A stretch of DNA of 64,000 nt from Bacteroidota bacterium (GTDB lineage Bacteria; Bacteroidota; Bacteroidia; UKL13-3), in contig JAIXWI010000006.1 in NCBI GenBank assembly GCA_027491355.1, positions 318 to 64,317 on the forward strand. The letters are read 5' to 3'. Positions 6,878 through 16,761 of this stretch are shown piece after piece. Under the pieces are notes generated by a model. That model was not told the DNA's origin and made no database searches. It worked only from the letters and a program-made list of their open reading frames with translations. Positions within the stretch are counted from its first letter, which is position 1, and every line of letters begins with the position of its first letter. The translations under genes and the position numbers were made by a program.

Positions 6878-8348
6878 TTGGAAAGTCTTCTTCAATTAAA
6901 TTAGCCACTATTTTTCCTGAGTTCAAACACAAAGGAATGCCGCCTCCCGGGTGAACACTTCCCCCACACAAGTACAAACCACGGTATGTTGAACTGTAAT
7001 TTTTATGCCTTAGAAATGCTGAAAATTTTCCGTTGCTTGAATTGCCGTATAATGAACCACCAAAACTACTGGTTTTGCTTTCAATGGTTCTAGGGTCTAA
7101 AACGCTTTCTTCGGCTATCAACAAATCGATGCGGCTGTTTAACATTCTATTGAGTTTTTGAATGACAGCCTTTCTTGTTTGTGCTATAAGCTCATCCCAG
7201 TTTTGACTGCCATCATTGTGTGGAGCGTTTACCATTACAAACCAATTTTCGTGATTAGTAGGGGCATCTGCTTGGTGGTATTTAGAACTGATGTTGACAT
7301 AAACAGTTGGGTCATCCGAGAGCGTCTTGTGCTCAAACAAATGCGTGAATTCTTCTTTGTAATTGGCAGAAAAGAAAATATTGTGCAAATCCAGTTCAGG
7401 AAAATGCGATTGCATGCCCCAATAAAAAATAATGGCAGAGGAAGATTTTTCTTGTTGGAGAATGCGTTTGGGCAATTTGATACCAGGCATTAATTTGTAA
7501 TAGAGTGCATGGATGTCAATGTCAGATACTACCAAGTCTGATGCTATTTTTGTTCCATTCAATACAATGCCTTTTACTTTATTTTTTTCAATCCAAATTT
7601 GGTCAACTTTGCTAGAAAATTCAAAGGTAACTCCTAAGTTTTTACAGGTTTGATACAATGCATTGGTGATAGACTGCATGCCCCCATCAGGAAAATAAGC
7701 ACCTAAGTTTTGTTCTAAATGCGGAATCATGGTTAACAGGCCTGGTGCCTTGTAGGGGTTCGATCCATTGTAGGTAGCATAGCGGTTAAAAAACTGTACC
7801 AAATGCGGATGTCCTAATTCGTTTGTATTGACCTCGTGCATGGTTTTAAAAACATCTAAAGCAGCAATGTTTTTAATTCCTTTCCAAACTTTACTGGGTT
7901 TCAAATGCCCTATTCTGTGTATGGTATCTTCAACAAATAATTCAGCAGTACTTTCATATTTAAGTGAAGCTTTTTTTAAATAATTCAAAATGTTTTGTTT
8001 GTCAACCCCAGTTTTATTTGAAAGTTCATTTGCCAGTTCATCAGGGTCTGCATGGGCAGTTAATCTCAGACCATCCTCATAAAAATAATGACAAACTTGG
8101 TTGAGTTTTTGGTAGCGGAATGGAATGCTATCAGGGTTTGGATTCAGCGCAATGATTTCGTCTACCAAATGAGGTAGCGTAAACAAAGAAGGGCCTGCAT
8201 CAAAGCGGTAGTTTCCAAGTTGAATGCTTGTTAATTTACCCCCCGGATATGGATTGGCTTCAAAAATAGTAATTTGATAACCTTTGGCGGCAAGCCTTGC
8301 AGCAGTAGCTAGTCCGCCCATTCCGGCTCCAATGATAGACACTTTCAT
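6870..8348 (-). CDS. crtD: 1-hydroxycarotenoid 3,4-desaturase
   Basis: FAD motif IIGAGMGGL, RFDAGPSLFTLP, FNRYATYNGSNPY and C-terminal CGGSVHPGGGIPLCL, typical of Bacteroidota CrtD. Confidence 0.85.
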   Translation of the reverse strand: MKVSIIGAGMGGLATAARLAAKGYQITIFEANPYPGGKLTSIQLGNYRFDAGPSLFTLPHLVDEIIALNPNPDSIPFRYQKLNQVCHYFYEDGLRLTAHADPDELANELSNKTGVDKQNILNYLKKASLKYESTAELFVEDTIHRIGHLKPSKVWKGIKNIAALDVFKTMHEVNTNELGHPHLVQFFNRYATYNGSNPYKAPGLLTMIPHLEQNLGAYFPDGGMQSITNALYQTCKNLGVTFEFSSKVDQIWIEKNKVKGIVLNGTKIASDLVVSDIDIHALYYKLMPGIKLPKRILQQEKSSSAIIFYWGMQSHFPELDLHNIFFSANYKEEFTHLFEHKTLSDDPTVYVNISSKYHQADAPTNHENWFVMVNAPHNDGSQNWDELIAQTRKAVIQKLNRMLNSRIDLLIAEESVLDPRTIESKTSSFGGSLYGNSSNGKFSAFLRHKNYSSTYRGLYLCGGSVHPGGGIPLCLNSGKIVANLIEEDFPII

Positions 8349-8447
8349 GTTGTAAAAATAAAAATAATGAGGAAATCAAAACAAAAAAGGCGATATTCCT
8401 ATTTATTACTTTATAAATGTTTCAAGCTACGTAAAGTAATTCCCTTC

Positions 8448-9935
8448 ATGAAAAAGAAAAATGCAATCGTAATTGGCTCTGGTATAGCAGGTTTGTCTGC
8501 AGCCTCTTACTTGGCTAAGAGCGGATACGAAGTTGTCATCTTAGAAAAAAACAACCAAGCTGGTGGGAGAGCCAGACAATTTACTGCTGAAGGTTTTGTG
8601 TTTGACATGGGTCCAAGTTGGTATTGGATGCCCGATGTTTTTGAGAAATTTTACCAAGATTTTGGCCATACAACTGCCGATTTTTATGACCTCGTACGTT
8701 TAAACCCAAGTTACAGGGTTATTGATAAAAATGGGCAATCTGTTGACATTCCCGCAGACATGCATGAACTGGAGGCGTTGTTTGAAAAATATGAAAAAGG
8801 TGCAGGTTTACAGTTACGTCAATTCTTAAAAGAGGCAGCCTACAAATATGAGGTTGGTATCAATGATTTGGTTTACAAACCAGGTCTGAGTCTTTTGGAA
8901 TTTGCTGACATTAGGTTGTTAAAAGGTTTGCTAAAAATGGACGTACTCAACAACATGAGAAGCCATGTCCGTTCTTTTATCAAACACCCTTTTTTACAAG
9001 AATTGTTAGAATTCCCGGTTTTATTTTTGGGTGCATTGCCAGAAAATACACCTGCCTTGTACAGCCTCATGAATTATGCAGATATGAGCCTTGGAACCTG
9101 GTACCCAATGGGGGGTATGCATAAAATTATCGAAGCATTTGTACAAATTGCCAAACAACAGGGTGTTCAAATCCAACTGGATACACCGGTTGATGCCATT
9201 TTAGTAGAAAACGGAAAAGCAATTGGTGTTCAAACTTCAAATGGTAAATACTTGGCTGATGTAATAGTTGGTGCTGCCGATTACCATCATATTGAAAGCA
9301 AATTACTAGCACCTGCATACAGACAGTACAGTGAAAAGTATTGGGAGAACCGTAAAATGGCTCCTTCTTGTTTGTTGTATTACATTGGACTGAACAAACG
9401 CATTCCCAACATGCGTCACCATACCTTGTTTTTTGATACTGATTTTGAACTGCATTCCAAAGAAATATATACTCATCCGCAATGGCCTGAAAACCCCTTG
9501 TTTTATGTTTCTGCGCCTTCAGTTACAGACCCTACTGTTGCACCAGAGGGTTTTGAAAATATATTTCTATTGATACCTGTAGCGCCAGGCTTAACTGGTG
9601 ATGACGAGGCAACTAGAGAAAAATACCTGCACCTCATGCTCCAACGCATGGAACAAAGATTGGGCATTGCACTGGCTGAACATGTGGTATACAAAAAGAG
9701 TTACAGTATTCAGAATTTCACAGCGGATTACAATGCTTTCAAGGGCAATGCCTATGGATTGGCAAATACGCTTAGCCAAACAGCTATTTTAAAACCAAGA
9801 CTCAAACATAAACAAGTAAAAGGGCTCTACTATGCAGGTCAGCTAACGGTTCCGGGTCCGGGTGTACCTCCTTCAATTGTGAGCGGTAAAGTTTGTGCCA
9901 CCCAGATTTTAAAAGACATTAAAACAAAAGATTAG
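8448..9935 (+). CDS. crtI: Phytoene desaturase
   Basis: VIGSGIAGL, FDMGPSWYWMPDVF, YAGQLTVPGPGVPPSIVSG; directly upstream of crtB. Start moved to MKKKNA. Confidence 0.92.
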   Translation: MKKKNAIVIGSGIAGLSAASYLAKSGYEVVILEKNNQAGGRARQFTAEGFVFDMGPSWYWMPDVFEKFYQDFGHTTADFYDLVRLNPSYRVIDKNGQSVDIPADMHELEALFEKYEKGAGLQLRQFLKEAAYKYEVGINDLVYKPGLSLLEFADIRLLKGLLKMDVLNNMRSHVRSFIKHPFLQELLEFPVLFLGALPENTPALYSLMNYADMSLGTWYPMGGMHKIIEAFVQIAKQQGVQIQLDTPVDAILVENGKAIGVQTSNGKYLADVIVGAADYHHIESKLLAPAYRQYSEKYWENRKMAPSCLLYYIGLNKRIPNMRHHTLFFDTDFELHSKEIYTHPQWPENPLFYVSAPSVTDPTVAPEGFENIFLLIPVAPGLTGDDEATREKYLHLMLQRMEQRLGIALAEHVVYKKSYSIQNFTADYNAFKGNAYGLANTLSQTAILKPRLKHKQVKGLYYAGQLTVPGPGVPPSIVSGKVCATQILKDIKTKD

Positions 9936-9983
9936 ATTTTGAGTTATACATTTAAATAGTGATTCACCCCTATATTATTAACA

Positions 9984-10820
9984 ATGAAGTACAAATTTGA
10001 CCAAATAGCCATTAGAGGAAGTAAAATGCTGACTCAAGCATACAGTACCTCTTTTTCTCTCGGAATCAGGTTTCTGGCTTCAAGATTTCACAATCCTATT
10101 TATGCCATTTATGGTTATGTGCGTTTGGCCGATGAAATAGTAGATTCTTTTCATGGTTACAAACAAGAAAAAATGCTCCAAGAATTAAGAAAAGATACCA
10201 TTCAGGCCATTGCAGATGGTATTAGTATCAATCCAGTCTTGCATGCATTTCAAGAAGTTGTCAATTTATACAACATCGAGTGGGAACTCATAGATACATT
10301 TTTGAAGAGCATGGAAATGGATCTCAGCAAACATCAATACAACCAAGAAGAGTACGAAGTTTATATTTTGGGCTCAGCGGAGGTTGTAGGTTTGATGTGC
10401 CTGAGGGTTTTCATGGAAGGAAACAATGAATCATATGAAAAATTAAAACCATACGCCATGAAATTGGGCTCTGCATTGCAAAAGATAAATTTCTTACGCG
10501 ATTTAAATGCAGACCAAAACGCTTTGGGACGCCAATATTTTCCTCAATTGTTGAATGGTCAATTCACTGAAAAAGTAAAACGTGAGGTTGAGGCTGATAT
10601 TGAGGCCGATTTTGAATTGGGATACCAAGGAATTAAACTACTCCCAAAAGATGCAAGATTTGGCGTATATGTAGCCTATATTTATTATTCAAAATTATTG
10701 AACAAAATCAAGCAAATTCCAGCAAGCACTGTATTACATGAAAGGGTGCGTATATCTGATCAACGTAAATATGCTTTGTTTTGTAGTTCTTTGTTCAGAC
10801 ACAGCTTTAATCTTTTGTAA
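9984..10820 (+). CDS. crtB: Phytoene synthase
   Basis: YSTSFSLG, RLADEIVD, QKINFLRDL motifs. Confidence 0.93.
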   Translation: MKYKFDQIAIRGSKMLTQAYSTSFSLGIRFLASRFHNPIYAIYGYVRLADEIVDSFHGYKQEKMLQELRKDTIQAIADGISINPVLHAFQEVVNLYNIEWELIDTFLKSMEMDLSKHQYNQEEYEVYILGSAEVVGLMCLRVFMEGNNESYEKLKPYAMKLGSALQKINFLRDLNADQNALGRQYFPQLLNGQFTEKVKREVEADIEADFELGYQGIKLLPKDARFGVYVAYIYYSKLLNKIKQIPASTVLHERVRISDQRKYALFCSSLFRHSFNLL

Positions 10821-10826
10821 AGGTTC

Positions 10827-11309
10827 ATGTTCAAATTGCTATTGTGGCTTGTTTTTTTGCCACAAACTCAAGAAGTCAACCTTTCTGTCAGAACACGTTT
10901 TCATCAAGCAATTGATCAGAGTAAAATAGCTGAAGCTTTGATGCAAGACTTATCTGTGCAAAAATCCAAATCTGCTTATTTGGAGGCCTATGAAGCAGCT
11001 TTATACATGGTCAATGCCAAATACTTATTTTTGCCTACTTCTAAATATGCTAGTTTTAAAAAAGGTAAAGTGCAATTGGAATCAATCATTGCAAACAATC
11101 CAAACAACGTTGAGTTCCGCTATTTGCGACTAATTATTCAAAAGAATGTACCTCATTTTTTAGGCTACCACGACAAGCAAGCATCAGATCAATTATTTTT
11201 ATTGTACCAATTTAAAAACATACAAGACCAGGATTTGAAATCGAGAATCAAAGGTTTTTTAATTAAAAATTGTAAGTTAGACGCAGCTCAAATCAAATAC
11301 CTGAATTAA
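10827..11309 (+). CDS. Conserved hypothetical helical (TPR-like) exported protein in the crt operon
   Basis: Hydrophobic N-terminus; KKGKVQLESIIANNPNNVEFRYLRLIIQKNVPHFLGY; lies between crtB and idi with 6- and 0-bp gaps. Confidence 0.7.
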   Translation: MFKLLLWLVFLPQTQEVNLSVRTRFHQAIDQSKIAEALMQDLSVQKSKSAYLEAYEAALYMVNAKYLFLPTSKYASFKKGKVQLESIIANNPNNVEFRYLRLIIQKNVPHFLGYHDKQASDQLFLLYQFKNIQDQDLKSRIKGFLIKNCKLDAAQIKYLN

Positions 11310-11828
11310 ATGTACGAAGAAGTAATATTGGTTACTGAAAATGACGAAGAAATTGGCCTCATGGAAAAACTAGAGGCTCATCAGAAAGGCCTGTTGCACC
11401 GTGCTTTCTCGGTATTTTTATTCAATGAAAACCACGAAATTTTATTGCAACAAAGAGCGCTTACTAAATACCATTCAGCAGGTTTATGGACCAATACCTG
11501 TTGCAGTCATCCTAGAAAAAATGAACAGGTAATAGATGCTGCCAATAGAAGGCTACAGGAAGAAATGGGCATTGTGTCAAACCTCACAATAAAAAACAAA
11601 TTCATTTACCACGCGCCTTTTGACAATGGTTTGATTGAACACGAACTGGATTATATTTTAACAGGTTTTTACAATGGTCCTGTGAATTTTAACAAAGATG
11701 AAGTTGCTGCGTATAAATGGATGTCAATGGAAGCCATTTTAAAAGATTGCGCTTTAAACCCAACCCAATACACTGTTTGGTTTAGGCATATTTTGAACCA
11801 CCATATTCAGGAAATTTCAGCACTTTAA
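11310..11828 (+). CDS. idi: Isopentenyl-diphosphate delta-isomerase type 1
   Basis: AHQKGLLHRAFSVFLF, WTNTCCSHP, EHELD motifs. Confidence 0.95.
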   Translation: MYEEVILVTENDEEIGLMEKLEAHQKGLLHRAFSVFLFNENHEILLQQRALTKYHSAGLWTNTCCSHPRKNEQVIDAANRRLQEEMGIVSNLTIKNKFIYHAPFDNGLIEHELDYILTGFYNGPVNFNKDEVAAYKWMSMEAILKDCALNPTQYTVWFRHILNHHIQEISAL

Positions 11829-11845
11829 TTTTAAACATCTTAAAG

Positions 11846-12469
11846 ATGCACCCGATTGTTCAAAAAATAAACAAAGGTGAGGGAGAAGACTTAGACTTCA
11901 AACAAACCATATCCTCGGCGTCAAAAATTGCAAAAACTATTTGCTCTTTTGCCAATCACAAGGGTGGTACTTTATTAGTTGGTGTAAGCGATAACAAATC
12001 AATTCTGGGGGTTAAGAGCGAAGATGAAAAGTACATGCTCGACTTGGCTGCACAATTTTATATCAAACCACCTATTTCGCTCACCATTTTTGAATGGGAG
12101 TTTGGTAACAAAACAATTCTAGAAGCGGTAGTTCCAGATGGCATAGACAAACCTTACTTTGCCAAAGGAGAGGATGGAAAATGGTGGGCCTACATCCGGG
12201 TTAAAGACAAGTCGTTGTTGGCTAGTAAAATTGTGTTAGATGTAATCAGAAGAAATAATGGCAAACAACCTAACATAGTTCAATATACCAGACATGAAGA
12301 AAACCTCCTAAAATACTTGCGTTCAAACGAGCGCATCACAACCAAAGAGGTTTGTAAGCTACTCAATATTTCTAGATGGAGGGCTCAGAAAATACTGGTA
12401 TCCTTGGTAAGTGCGGGAATAATTCGTAACCATACTACCGAAAAATTAGAGTATTTTACTTTGAGTTAA
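11846..12469 (+). CDS. AlbA_2/Schlafen-like domain protein with C-terminal HTH
   Basis: GEGEDLDFKQ, ICSFANHKGGTLLVGVSD; C-terminal ITTKEVCKLLNISRWRAQKILVSL. Confidence 0.82.
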   Translation: MHPIVQKINKGEGEDLDFKQTISSASKIAKTICSFANHKGGTLLVGVSDNKSILGVKSEDEKYMLDLAAQFYIKPPISLTIFEWEFGNKTILEAVVPDGIDKPYFAKGEDGKWWAYIRVKDKSLLASKIVLDVIRRNNGKQPNIVQYTRHEENLLKYLRSNERITTKEVCKLLNISRWRAQKILVSLVSAGIIRNHTTEKLEYFTLS

Positions 12470-12532
12470 ATGAGAAAAAATTAAGAGAATAAATAGCCCT
12501 TTTTAATTAGCTTTGTTTTAAACATTTGTCAC

Positions 12533-13003
12533 ATGCGTAAACTGATTTTTTTACTTCAGGTTCTTTTCTTTGTAGCTCAGGCCAGTGCTCAAGCACCCAA
12601 TCCTAAAAACATAGAATTGGCCAAAAAATTTGTATATTTTTTAGACAACGGGTTCGAAAAAATTGATTTACTAAAAGTTTCTTCTGTAAAACGTTCTTTC
12701 TTCACCCTTGGCAGACCCAAATTAATCATTGCCGAGAAAACCGATAAAAGTCAAAAAAATTTGGTCAATTCGTATTCAATTTTAGTTAAAGGTGCAAGCA
12801 ACAGTGACCATGATAAAAAGGCATTCCCTTGCCCATCACCTTTTTCTACAACCAAATGCAATGACTTTATTACAGTACAGCAGGCAAAATCTTCTATCAC
12901 TTTTTTAGAGATAAAATTAAATAAAATAATGCCAGGGCAGCCAACAAACCCTAAGGTTCCAATTGGAAACCTACCTATTGGTTTTTATTTATTCCTCGAC
13001 TAA
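12533..13003 (+). CDS. Hypothetical secreted protein
   Basis: Signal peptide MRKLIFLLQVLFFVAQASA; own TAGCTTTG -7 box upstream; no recognisable domain. Confidence 0.65.
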   Translation: MRKLIFLLQVLFFVAQASAQAPNPKNIELAKKFVYFLDNGFEKIDLLKVSSVKRSFFTLGRPKLIIAEKTDKSQKNLVNSYSILVKGASNSDHDKKAFPCPSPFSTTKCNDFITVQQAKSSITFLEIKLNKIMPGQPTNPKVPIGNLPIGFYLFLD

Positions 13004-13029
13004 AATTACGCGAATTGTTTTCTATGACC

Positions 13030-13037
13030 TACATTTG
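13030..13037 (+). promoter_or_regulatory. Bacteroidota -7 promoter element TACATTTG
   Basis: Matches TAnnTTTG 15 nt upstream of the purQ ATG. Confidence 0.65.
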
Positions 13038-13052
13038 CAACAAATAAACAAT

Positions 13053-13748
13053 ATGAAGGTAGGTGTTGTCATTTTCCCTGGTTCCAATTGCGACCAAGAT
13101 GCCATTTATGCTTTTAACAATCAATTTGGTTGTGAAACAGTTGCACTTTGGCACAAAGATGAAGATTTACAAGCTTGTGACTTGGTTTTTTTACCTGGTG
13201 GCTTCAGTTATGGCGACTACCTAAGAAGTGGAGCCATTGCTAAGTTGTCACCAATTATGCAGCATGTTATTTCATTTGCAAACAAGGGTGGTCTGGTAAT
13301 GGGCGTATGTAACGGTTTCCAGATATTGTGTGAAAGCAATTTATTACCTGGAGCATTGTTACACAATGACCACCAAAAATTCAATTGTAAAAATGTTTGG
13401 ATCAAACCACAAACATTACAAACACATCTTACTTCAGCTCTTGATTTAAATACTGCCTATAAAATTCCTATTGCTCATGGCGAAGGAAGATACTATTGCG
13501 ATGAGGCAACACTAACTAGCATGCAGCAAAATGATCAAATTCTGTTCAAGTATTGTGCTGAAAATGGCAACATTGACATAGAATCAAATCCCAATGGTTC
13601 ACTGGCAAACATAGCAGGTATTTGCAACCAAACCAGAAATGTATTTGGAATGATGCCTCATCCTGAAAGGGCTGTTGATGCTGAATTATTTAACACAGAC
13701 GGCAGACTCATGTTCGAAGGATTGTTAGGGGCATTGATAAAGCATTAA
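13053..13748 (+). CDS. purQ: Phosphoribosylformylglycinamidine synthase subunit PurQ
   Basis: VVIFPGSNCD, PGGFSYGDYLRSGA, GVCNGFQ, MMPHPER. Start moved to MKVGVV. Confidence 0.97.
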   Translation: MKVGVVIFPGSNCDQDAIYAFNNQFGCETVALWHKDEDLQACDLVFLPGGFSYGDYLRSGAIAKLSPIMQHVISFANKGGLVMGVCNGFQILCESNLLPGALLHNDHQKFNCKNVWIKPQTLQTHLTSALDLNTAYKIPIAHGEGRYYCDEATLTSMQQNDQILFKYCAENGNIDIESNPNGSLANIAGICNQTRNVFGMMPHPERAVDAELFNTDGRLMFEGLLGALIKH

Positions 13749-13809
13749 TTCATACAAATTTTATTCGAACAAGCGCTCCAAATCAGCTAATTTTTAGCTT
13801 TATTTGAAC

Positions 13810-16761
13810 ATGCGTCATTGTTTTTTAATTCTATTCTATTTTTGGACAACTGGTATTTTTGCACAGCAATCATATCCTTTAAATGGTCCTACTAATCTAA
13901 AGTCAGGGCGTTATGCTTTGACACACGCAACAGTTTGGACAGATGCTGATCATGTCATTCAAGATGCGCTTTTGCTCATTGAAAATGGCAAATTGGTTTA
14001 TGTTGGAGCGTTCAAGGATGTTTCATCAAACTATACCATTATAGATCAAAAGGGGAAGGTAATTTATCCAGCATTTATTGATTTATTCAGCGATTACGGT
14101 ATTAAATGGGAGCCTAAAAATGCCTTGAGAAATACCCATGGTTTTTACAGCGCCAAAAGAGGAGCTTTTCATTGGAACGAAGCCATCAGAGCTGAAGAAA
14201 AAGCGGCACAATACTTTAGCCCTGATGAAAAGCAAAAATCTGCCTATTTAGCTGCTGGTTTTGGAGTAGCAATGAGTGCTTTACAAGATGGCATTTGTAG
14301 AGGGAGTTCAGTATTGGTCAACACGGTAGCTTCTGTTCCGCATGAGGCGATATTAAGAGAAGAAGCCAGCATGAATTGGAGTTTTCATAAAGGTTCGTCA
14401 ACAGTAGATTACCCTACCTCTGCAATGGGTTCAGTTGCACTGATTAGACAAACCTTGTACGATATAAAACGAAATTATACAGCTCAGGAAAACAATATCA
14501 GTTTTATGTGTTTGATGAAAAATCAACAATTACCAGTGTTGTTTGAAGCCGAAAACAAATGGGCAGTTTTAAGAGCAGCAAAAATTGCCAAAGAATTTTC
14601 AGCAAACAATTGGATCATCAAAGGCAATGGAGATGAATACCAAAGAAGCAAGCTACTAGCTGAAATGGGTTTACCCATGGTCATTCCAGTAAACTTTCCT
14701 AAACCCTATGATGTAGAAGACCCATTTGATGCCAATTTAGTTAGCTTAGCTGATTTAAAGCATTGGGAATATGCACCTGCCAACTTGGCCGTTGTACATG
14801 CAGCTAAAATACCATTTGCTATTACCATGAGAGGTTGCGAGGACCCACAAACATTCTTGAAAAATTTGCGGATGGCAGTACAACAAGGCCTACCAAAATC
14901 TGAAGCCCTTAGGGCATTGACTGAAACTCCTGCAAGGCTCATTGGAGCAAGTACTATTTGTGGTAGCATTGGTATGGGTATGCCAGCCAACTTTATTATT
15001 TGTGACAAGCCAATTTTTGACAAAGATGCAAAGGTTTTGGCCCATTGGAGTGGCGCTGAAATGATACCTTTAAGTTTTGAAACAACTATCCCTGTTTCTG
15101 GTTTATTTGCATTGCAATCGGAGTTGCCTTACCACCATTTACAATTGACTCAACAATCGGAAAAATGGAGTGGAAATTTAATAGGAACAGATACCATCCC
15201 ATTAACGGTTACAAGAGAAGCTGGCACCTACCAATTGACATGGGCGCCTGATAAAAAAACTGTTTTGCATTGTACCATGCGTTTAGCATTTATCAATCAA
15301 AACAATCAAATTCAAGCCAGTGGAATTGCAACCTGGACTGAAGGTAAAACTGTTTCAGTAATGCTCAAACAGGAAACAGCAATACTCCCAAAAGATTTGC
15401 AGTTGCAAGATTCAACAACAATCATAGTGCCTGAAATTCCCTTCCCTTTTGTGGAATTTGGTAGAATAAATTTACCAGAACAAGAAGAAGTAATTTTTAA
15501 AGGGGCAAGCATTTGGACCAATACTGAAAAAAGCATTTTGTATGATCAAGATGTACAAATTAAAGGAGGAAAAATTGTTGCTATTGGTTCAGGATTGTAT
15601 AGTACTACAGCCAAAACTATTGATGCAAAAGGGATGCATTTGACCAACGGAATTATTGATGAACACTCACATTTAGCAATTTACAGAGGTGTCAATGAAT
15701 GTTCACAAGCCATTACTGCAGAAGTAAGAATTGGCGATGTCATACAACCTGAAGACATTAATATATACAGGCAATTGGCGGGTGGTGTCATTGGTGCTCA
15801 ATTGTTACATGGTTCTTGCAATCCAATTGGAGGTCAAAGTGCATTGATTAAATTGCGTTGGGGTAAGTCGGCAGAAGAGATGAAAATAAAAGGTGCTGAT
15901 GGTTTTATCAAATTTGCCTTAGGTGAAAATGTCAAACAAAGTGGGGGAGGGCCTGGATTGAGATATCCTCAAACCCGAATGGGTGTAGAGCAATTGTACT
16001 TGGATGCCTTTAAAAGGGCTTTGGCATATGAGGCAGAACTAAAGAAAAATCCCAAGGCATGTAGAAAAGACCTTGAATTAGAAGCATTGCTTGAAATTTT
16101 AAACAAAAAACGTTTTATCAGTTGTCACAGTTATGTACAATCCGAGATTAACATGTTAATGCACATAGCCAATAATTTTGGTTTTAAGGTAAACACCTTT
16201 ACCCATATTTTAGAAGGTTATAAAGTGGCAGATAAAATGAAAACACATGGAGTAGCAGCCAGTACTTTTGCCGATTGGTGGGCATACAAATTTGAGGTAA
16301 TGGATGCCATACCATACAATGGTGCAATATTGAATGACATGGGCATTGTGACTGCAATAAATAGTGATGATGCTGAAATGGGAAGACGCCTGAACCAAGA
16401 AGCAGCAAAAATGATTAAATACGGAAATTTATCTGAAGAAGCGGCCTGGAAAATGGTAACGCTTAATCCTGCAAAAATATTACACATAGACCATTTAACT
16501 GGCTCAATTGAAATTGGTAAAGATGCAGATTTGGTGCTTTGGAACAACAATCCACTAAGTATTTATGCCAAACCATTGTACACCTTTGTAGATGGTATTT
16601 GTTATTTTTCTATAGAAACAGATGCCAAACTTAGAACAGCAGTCAAGCAAGAAAGAAACCGCATTGTTCAAAAAATGATTGCCTTGAAACAACAAGGTAT
16701 CAAAACACAAAAACAAATTAGTATCCCAGATGAAAATTACCATTGTGAAGATGAAAACTAA
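13810..16761 (+). CDS. Secreted amidohydrolase family protein with two amidohydrolase domains
   Basis: Signal peptide; N-domain IYPAFIDLFSD (no HxH); C-domain GIIDEHSH, KFALGEN, NSDD, GSIEIGKDADLVLW. Confidence 0.85.
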   Translation: MRHCFLILFYFWTTGIFAQQSYPLNGPTNLKSGRYALTHATVWTDADHVIQDALLLIENGKLVYVGAFKDVSSNYTIIDQKGKVIYPAFIDLFSDYGIKWEPKNALRNTHGFYSAKRGAFHWNEAIRAEEKAAQYFSPDEKQKSAYLAAGFGVAMSALQDGICRGSSVLVNTVASVPHEAILREEASMNWSFHKGSSTVDYPTSAMGSVALIRQTLYDIKRNYTAQENNISFMCLMKNQQLPVLFEAENKWAVLRAAKIAKEFSANNWIIKGNGDEYQRSKLLAEMGLPMVIPVNFPKPYDVEDPFDANLVSLADLKHWEYAPANLAVVHAAKIPFAITMRGCEDPQTFLKNLRMAVQQGLPKSEALRALTETPARLIGASTICGSIGMGMPANFIICDKPIFDKDAKVLAHWSGAEMIPLSFETTIPVSGLFALQSELPYHHLQLTQQSEKWSGNLIGTDTIPLTVTREAGTYQLTWAPDKKTVLHCTMRLAFINQNNQIQASGIATWTEGKTVSVMLKQETAILPKDLQLQDSTTIIVPEIPFPFVEFGRINLPEQEEVIFKGASIWTNTEKSILYDQDVQIKGGKIVAIGSGLYSTTAKTIDAKGMHLTNGIIDEHSHLAIYRGVNECSQAITAEVRIGDVIQPEDINIYRQLAGGVIGAQLLHGSCNPIGGQSALIKLRWGKSAEEMKIKGADGFIKFALGENVKQSGGGPGLRYPQTRMGVEQLYLDAFKRALAYEAELKKNPKACRKDLELEALLEILNKKRFISCHSYVQSEINMLMHIANNFGFKVNTFTHILEGYKVADKMKTHGVAASTFADWWAYKFEVMDAIPYNGAILNDMGIVTAINSDDAEMGRRLNQEAAKMIKYGNLSEEAAWKMVTLNPAKILHIDHLTGSIEIGKDADLVLWNNNPLSIYAKPLYTFVDGICYFSIETDAKLRTAVKQERNRIVQKMIALKQQGIKTQKQISIPDENYHCEDEN

